DNA of 64,000 bases. Origin: the human T2T-CHM13v2.0 reference genome, Homo sapiens. The stretch is taken from assembly GCF_009914755.1 (NCBI RefSeq), contig NC_060933.1. One strand, written 5' to 3'. The notes beneath the pieces were generated by a model. It made no database searches and had not been told where the DNA came from. It saw only the letters and a list, made by a program, of their open reading frames with translations. Positions 55,966 to 64,000 of this stretch are shown one piece after another (the stretch's first letter is position 1; each line of letters opens with the position of its first letter). The translations under genes were made by a program, and so were the position numbers.

Positions 55966-57312
55966 AATGAATCATCACATTCAATAGTGTCTCTTGGAAT
56001 TCGCCCCCCTTTTTCCTTTCCCTCTATTACCCCATTCAGGCTCCTGTTACCTCTTGCTCAGTTTTGTTTAGATCCTATCTGCTTTGATCCACTTTCCGCT
56101 GCCTGATTAACCTTCCAGTAGCACACCTATTTCATGTCATTTCCATGCTCCAATAGCTTCAAAGCTTTCCCACTGCCTTCAGGAAAAAGTTCCAACTCAG
56201 GCATTCACAGCCATTCAAAATGTGGTCTTAATTCACCCCACTCATCACCACCACACAGGAGCCACTATTCTTATCAGAATAGTGAAGTTTAAAGCCATTC
56301 TCTCTACCAACACAATTTCTACCCATCCTTCAAATTCAGTTTAAATGACATTTTCTTATAGACCAACCTCTACATGTTAGCATTCCTCAAATCTTTGCCC
56401 TAGGGAACTTCCCTTCTCTCTCCACACTTCTCCCTAGGTGGTCTCATCCAATCTCCTGGCTTTTTATGCTGAGTACTCCCAAATCATGTCTCCATTATGA
56501 ACTTCTCCTTGGGGTCCAAACTTGTGTATAACTGCTTATCTGATACCTCTAATTATGTGTCTAACAGGAACCTTACCCTTAATATGTCCAAAACATAATT
56601 CTCTATGTTGTTCTTTATGTTATTGTTGTTTGCCCCACAAACAACAATATACTATTTTTCCCTGCCCTATCGTCCTCCATCTCAGCCAATGGCACATCAT
56701 CTACTTTACTGCTCAAGTAAGAAATCTGAGTTACCCTTGACATTTTCCTCTCTACTCTGCCACGCTGAACCATAAGTTAGTTCTCTTAAATGTCCCTTAC
56801 GTCACCACCCTAATGCAAACTATTACCAATACAATCTCTTGAGCTTCCAAATGTAATACATTTTCTAAAGAGAACCAGGGCCTATTCATGATTCTCACTT
56901 GCTTACAAGTCTTCAATGTTTTCTACACATGGTAATAGGAACGGAAATGTTTTCCTATTGTACAGAAAAAAAAATTCCCCATCATGACCTTCAAGGCCCT
57001 ACAGAACCTAGTTCCACTCTATCCGGCTAACTTTATCTTGTACTCTAACTATACTCCTTCCTAGCTCCCATCTCAGGAACTTAGCCCATTATCGCCTCTG
57101 CTTGAAGTACTCCCTGAGCTTCCAAATCTCCGTTTAAAGATCACTTCTTCAGACTCCACTATCTGCCAACTCAGCATCCAGTTCGTTTCCTCCCAGCACT
57201 TAGAATCTGCGTACATTCAGGCAAACCGCCTAGCACTGGAGTTGGGGTTTGTGAAGTAGCACAGACAGGCTGATCAGGCCGAGCACGGGCTGGGATTCCG
57301 GAGTGAAGCTAG

Positions 57313-58210
<898 letters not shown>

Positions 58211-58585
58211 TGCATCCCGTAGCCTGAACAAATATTGAAGTAGCTAAAGTTTCTAAAGTGTGTTAATTTGCATACTTCCTCAGCAGTCCAGCGTGGAGGA
58301 TAAAAGGGGTATCTTGTGAGTCGATTTGAATTGTAATCCCGTTTTTTTCACTTGCTAGCTGTGTGGCTCTGGGAAAATTACAGTTTTTATGAGCTTTGGC
58401 TTCCTGATCAATAAAATAGAAATAATTAAGTGATACGTGCAAAGCGCTTAGCATGGAACGCTCTCAATAAATGTTTGCCATTTTTAGTGTCTGCTCGTGC
58501 CTGGAAACTGCTGTTATTCCATTTTATACTTCAGGAAATAAGATTGTGGTTAGGATATATGCCCCATTTTCCAGATGAAGAAACT

Positions 58586-58995
58586 GACACCACAAACTTG
58601 CTCGTGTCAAGCAACAGAATTTTATTCTTTAACTGTTCTAGAGGCAAGAATTCCAAAATCAAGCTGTTGGCAGAGCCCTGCACCTTTTGAAGGCTCTAGG
58701 GGAGAATGCTTTGCTTCTTCAGCTTCTAACGGTTCCAGGCGGTCCGTGGCCTCTTGTTGCATGACTCCAATCTCGGCCTGTCTTCTAATGGCCTTCTCCT
58801 GTGCCTGTGCCACTTCTCTGTGTGTTTTTAGGACACTGAACATTGAATTTAGAGTCCACGGGGATAATCCAAGATCATCTCATCTGGAGGTCCTTAATCA
58901 CATCTGCAAAGGCCCTTTTCCCAAATAAGGTCACTTTCACATGTCCTGGGAGTTAGGACATAGACATATCTTTTGGAGACTATTCAACCCACTGC
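58586..58995 (-). mobile_element. MLT1-family MaLR LTR relic
   Basis: 'caacagaattttattct...ccaaaatcaag..gttggcagagcc...tccttaatcacatctgcaaag...tttcccaaataaggtcac...attcaacccac' pattern. Confidence 0.7.
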
Positions 58996-60266
58996 ATCTG
59001 TAAAGTTGAGGAACTGGCACTTGATCCCTGGTGCCAGACTTCAGATTTTACTGTCTTCCAACTTACTCCGTTTTCTGGCCACTAAGGAGTTAGAGTTGAA
59101 ACTGGTAATTTAGTAGACTGTATGCTTCTTGATGACAGGGGCCATCATTACTTTCCAGGCACTTATCTCACTATGCAGCACATAGATACTTGATAAGTTC
59201 TTGTCGTCTACCTTAACTGTTACTAGTTTACATTTCAGCTCATTTAAATCTCATAAGAACGTTTTAAATAGGTCTTTTCTCATTTTACAGAGAAAGGCAA
59301 AACATAGTAGCTTTGGTCCAGTGAGCCTGACTCTAAACTCAACGTGGCTGCCTCCGTACTGCTTTCAATAATTCAGTAAATGCTAAGAGAAGAGAATATG
59401 GAACAGGAATTGCAGGAGGCCCATCAGCTGTGCCTTTTGGGCAAATAGCATAGTAGTGGGGATATTAGACACCTTGAAACACCTGACAAGTAAATGCTGG
59501 CCAAAAAGAAAGAAAAATCGCAAAATACACCCTATCACACAACCCTGGGAAGGGATACGTTTGTGTTTTCAACTCGACAGACAGCAGCACCCCATATCCT
59601 TGAAGATAGGTCCATGCAGTTGCCTTAAGCATCTGCACCAAAACCCTGCTATTCATTTGCCTTTTCACCAGGGAGGAAAAAAAAAATGTTATCACATATC
59701 AAAGCCCTTGATTATTATTAAAAACTTTTTTATCAAGTCTTCTGTGAAAGTGGATTGATTTGGATTTTTTTTTTTTTTTTTGGAGTGAATTGAAAGCATC
59801 GTGTGGTTTTGCAGAACAGCACAAAAAAAGCTTATCCTGTAATTTTTTTTTTTGTCAAGCAAACCCATTAATTCTTCAAATATCTAATGATCTAAATGTA
59901 GACCACTAGGTGTACTCCTACAAGCCTAAGATGCTCTTCTTGCGTGATACACAATTTAATCAGAGCAACTAGACTTGCACACATCCAAGAGGTTAATAAC
60001 AGTACTATAGCAATGCAATGACGAGCATTGAGATTAGAATCAAAGGAACCTGGCTTACAATCTAAATTCTGTATGGCCAAGGACAAGATAGCCAACTTGT
60101 ATGGGCCTCAGTTTCTGCATATGTAAAATGGGAATAACAACACTTGTTTCTGGAGTTGCTGTGAGGCTTAAAAGTGATAATATCTTAAAGTTCTTAGCCA
60201 GTAGTAAATGTTGAGTGATTTGTAGCTTAAGAGAGAACCAAGGTGTACCCATTTGAAATACTTTGG

Positions 60267-60571
60267 GGCCGGGCGCTGTGGCTCACACCTGTAATCCCAG
60301 CAGTTTGGGAGGCCAAGGCAGGTGGATCACCTGAGGCCAGGAATTCGAGGCCAGCCTGGCTAACATGGCCAAACCCCATCTCTACAAAAATACAAAAATT
60401 AGCCAGGTGTGGTGGTGCATGCCTGTACTCCCTGCTACTCTGGAGGCTGAAGCATGGAGAATCGCTTGAACTGGAGAGGCGGAGGTGCAGTGAGTGGAGA
60501 TTGTGCCACTGTACTCCAGCCTGGGCAACAGAGTGAGACTCTGCCTCAAAAAAAAAAAAGAAAAAAAGAAA
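60267..60571 (+). mobile_element. AluS-like
   Basis: Full Alu with TSD-like 'gaaatac(g)tttg'. Confidence 0.93.
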
Positions 60572-61249
60572 TACGTTTGACTTCACATAACGGAAAGTTC
60601 AGCTAATGGTGGCTTAAGCAATCATTTTCTTAACATAAAAATTTGGAAGGTACTTGGTTGTTGTGGTTCAATGACACAACAATGTCATCAAAGACCCACG
60701 CTCTTCCAGTCTCTGTTCTACCACCATCCTCAACGTTGACTTTTTATTGTCCCATTTACTGCTTTTTGATTGCAAGATGAACTCCTCAGTTTCCATATTT
60801 ATCTAAGAGTTCAGGGCTAGTGAAAGTGCAGAAAGAAATGAAATCCACTATTTCCTCCCAGTGGGGCTCCGTCCTTTTATCCCAGAAGGAAAAGACCCAA
60901 CAGGAGTCTCCCTTCTATTTCAGTGCCAAGAACTGGATTACACGGCCACCCCAGAATTGAAAGACCATCAGATACAATGTTAACCAGGCATTTGAATTTC
61001 ATTCTTTTTCTAGTACTCTGGTAAAATTAAAGATCACTTAGCAAATATGCTTTTATCCAGCAGTAGAGATTTAATTTGTGACTTAAGCTAATCTGGTTTA
61101 AAACTTAAAATAACTATAGTATCCCAGGTGGTGGATAGCAATCTGGGCAGCGCATTGAATCACCTGTGGAGTTTTTGTTTTTGTTTCTTTAAGTAGCAGT
61201 AGTTCTGATTTAATTGGTCTGGAATGGGACCTGAGCATTGAGAATTTGA

Positions 61250-61617
<368 letters not shown>

Positions 61618-62746
61618 TAGTTAACTAGGGGTTAAATCTCCTGGTTCCTCTTTGTATTGCAGGCACCAGAATTTAAGAATTAAATATACAATATGCTTCT
61701 CTCTGTAAGTAGAACATTGGAGAGAATTGTATCTTTCTTGCTGACTGAGTTCTCCTAAAGTGATTTAATACCATTAGATGTTAAAAAATGGTTTAAATTT
61801 GAACTATACACTTTCAAACATACTCTGGAAAATGTTTGCTTCTTTTTTCAATTTCACATAATTTTGTGTAATTTTCTTTTTTCCATAAAAATAAAATAGG
61901 TTAGGTGTCAGCTCCCATACATCTTCCCCTTCCCAAAATCAGTTCTCTGGAGTTCTAATTAGTGGATTTTTAACGAATTACGTTGTTTTTCTGTTTCTCA
62001 AATGCATAAGCAGAGATAGAGGGCATGTTACTGATATAAAGCATAAGTGATATTTTGGCAAGGATTGGGCTTTATTTTCAGGACCTATTAGAATCATAAA
62101 TCCATGGAAACGGAGCAGTTGCCAACACATTTTTATTTAGTGAAAAAGAACTGCTTCTGAATAGTGTGCATTATGTTTTCCAATATCGTACATTTGCTAC
62201 AAAGTGCACTAATGTAGTCTAAACATTAATTGAACATTCATAATGCTGTAGTTGCTGTCTAGTAAACACAGTATTAACCTTGTCCTATTTTGCTTTCTTT
62301 GATGACAAACTTTGGAGCAGCAGAAAATTACATGGCTAAGATGTAAGTTTATCTGATTGTAGTAGTCTCACCTTAATAAAAGCTTGTGTCAGCACATGAT
62401 GGAGAAATGAAATAAAAAGTAGGTAATATCACTTAAAGCCCAAGAATTGTCACTTATACACAGTGCATTTATAATGCACTATGGTTTTGTCAAACAAAAC
62501 TCCTCAAGCAACACATACTAGCTTCAGTTTTTTGTCTAGGATAAGAACGATTAATACGTTGGCATTTTAAGTTTTTAAAATTCTGCTTTCAGGCTTGATA
62601 AAAGTTATTTCCTTTGGAAAGTATCAATTAGTTTTTTCGTGTGATTTCCCTAATTTGTGAGCAATAAAGATAACCAAGCATATATTTTATTAGGTGAACA
62701 AATAAGAAAATTGTTTGTTTCAAATATGAATAAAGAATAATTTTCT

Positions 62747-63487
62747 TGCAAATCAAAACCACAATGAGATACCATGTCACACCAGTTAGAATGGCGATCA
62801 TTAAAAAGTCAGGAAACGACAGGTGCTGGTGAGGATGTGGAGAAACAGGAACACTTTTACACTGCTGGTGGGACCGTAAACTAGTTCAACCATTGTGGAA
62901 GACAGTGTGGCAATTCCTCAAGGACCTAGAACTAGAAATATTTGACCCACCCATCCCATTACTGGACATATACCCAAAGGATTATAAATCATGCTGCTGT
63001 AAAGACACATGCACACGTGTGTTTATTGCGGCACTATTTACAATAGCAAAGACTTGGAACCAACCCAAATGTCCATCAGTGATAGACTGGATTAAGCAAA
63101 TGTGGCACATATACACCACGGAATACTATGCAGCCATAAAAAAGGATGAGTTCATGTCCTTGGTAGGGACATGGATGAAGCTGGAAACCATCATTCTCAG
63201 CAAACTATCTCAAGGACGAAAAACCAAACACCACATGTTCTCACTCATAGATGGGAATTGAACAATGAGAACACTTGGACACAGGGTGGGGAGCATCACA
63301 CACTGGGGCCTGTCATGGGCTGGGGGGAGGGGGGAGGAATATCATTAGGAGATACACCTAATGTAAATGATGAGTTAACGGGTGCAGCACACCAACATGG
63401 CACATGTATGCATATGTAACCTGCACGTTGTGCACATGTACCCTAGAACTTAAAGTATAATAAAAAAATTAAAAATAGAAAAAAAAG
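62747..63487 (+). mobile_element. 5'-truncated L1PA (about L1PA4/5): ORF2 C-terminus + 3' UTR + A-tail
   Basis: ORF 62893..63261 is the L1 ORF2 C-terminus (FIAALFTIAKTWNQPKCPS...WMKLETIILSK). G-rich 3' UTR, poly(A) and TSD-like 'aaagaa(taa)ttttct' flanks. Confidence 0.95.
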
Positions 63488-63595
63488 AATTTTCTAATTA
63501 TTCCTCCCACTTTTTAAAACTATAGAAATTTCATGTTGGTACTTAGAATAATGATCTAGCTCTACTTACCTACCCAATATTCCTCTCTTCCTTTA

Positions 63596-63730
63596 TTTTT
63601 TTTTCTTTTTTGGAGAGACAGGTTTTGCTATGTTGCCCAGACTGGTCTTGAACTCTTGACCTCAAGTGATCCTCCCACCTCGGTCTTCCAAAGTGCTGGG
63701 ATTAATGGGCATGAGCAGCTGTGCCCAGCC
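63596..63730 (-). mobile_element. Alu monomer (FLAM/AluJ left arm)
   Basis: Reverse-complement left Alu arm with a T-rich tail. Confidence 0.85.
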
Positions 63731-64000
63731 TACCTCTTCCTTTTAAGATGAAGAAATAAATTAACCCACTTGCTCAAACCTATTATGTCAATTTAAATTC
63801 TCCAGGAAGCAGATGTCAAGATAGAATTAGGCCAAGAGACATGTTGTGAGAAAAACTTCACAATAAGCTGAGGGGAGAGGAAATAGCAGTAAATAGGGAG
63901 CACCCGATACCATGATACAGCTCTGACGTGTGTCGAGAGAGAGGCGGAAGGAGGATGTGGTAGAAAGTCTTCAGGCTGTAGTAAAGCTCTGAGAAAGCCT

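Noticed and set aside
62893-63419. 122-aa ORF as an independent gene
   Set aside because: It is the C-terminal part of L1 ORF2 in a 5'-truncated, non-autonomous L1PA copy.

Overview
Primate (almost certainly human, 9p24.2 by gene identity) genomic DNA containing the complete PUM3 (KIAA0020/PUF-A) gene on the minus strand: a non-coding exon 1 in a CpG-island promoter (~57.8-58.1 kb) and 17 coding exons (ATG at 52306, TAG at 17919-17921). All exons have canonical GT-AG boundaries, and their lengths sum to 1947 nt = 648 aa + stop. The rest is intron and intergenic DNA rich in Alu, L1, LTR (MER21, LTR8, MLT2A1, THE1, MLT1) and DNA-transposon relics. Nearly all ORFs in the supplied track are repeat-derived or chance ORFs. 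I found no convincing new multi-gene system. The most notable observations are: the HA-8 minor histocompatibility 'P' allele in exon 9; a stop-free, in-frame 222-nt intron 6; a partial duplication of exon 14 with its acceptor, interrupted by a TSD-flanked U6 5' fragment; a young 200-bp tandem duplication; a pure interstitial telomeric tract in intron 11; and several locally templated insertions (inside an Alu tail and inside an MLT2A1 microsatellite). Repeat family names come from recognition of consensus sequences, not from a database run.
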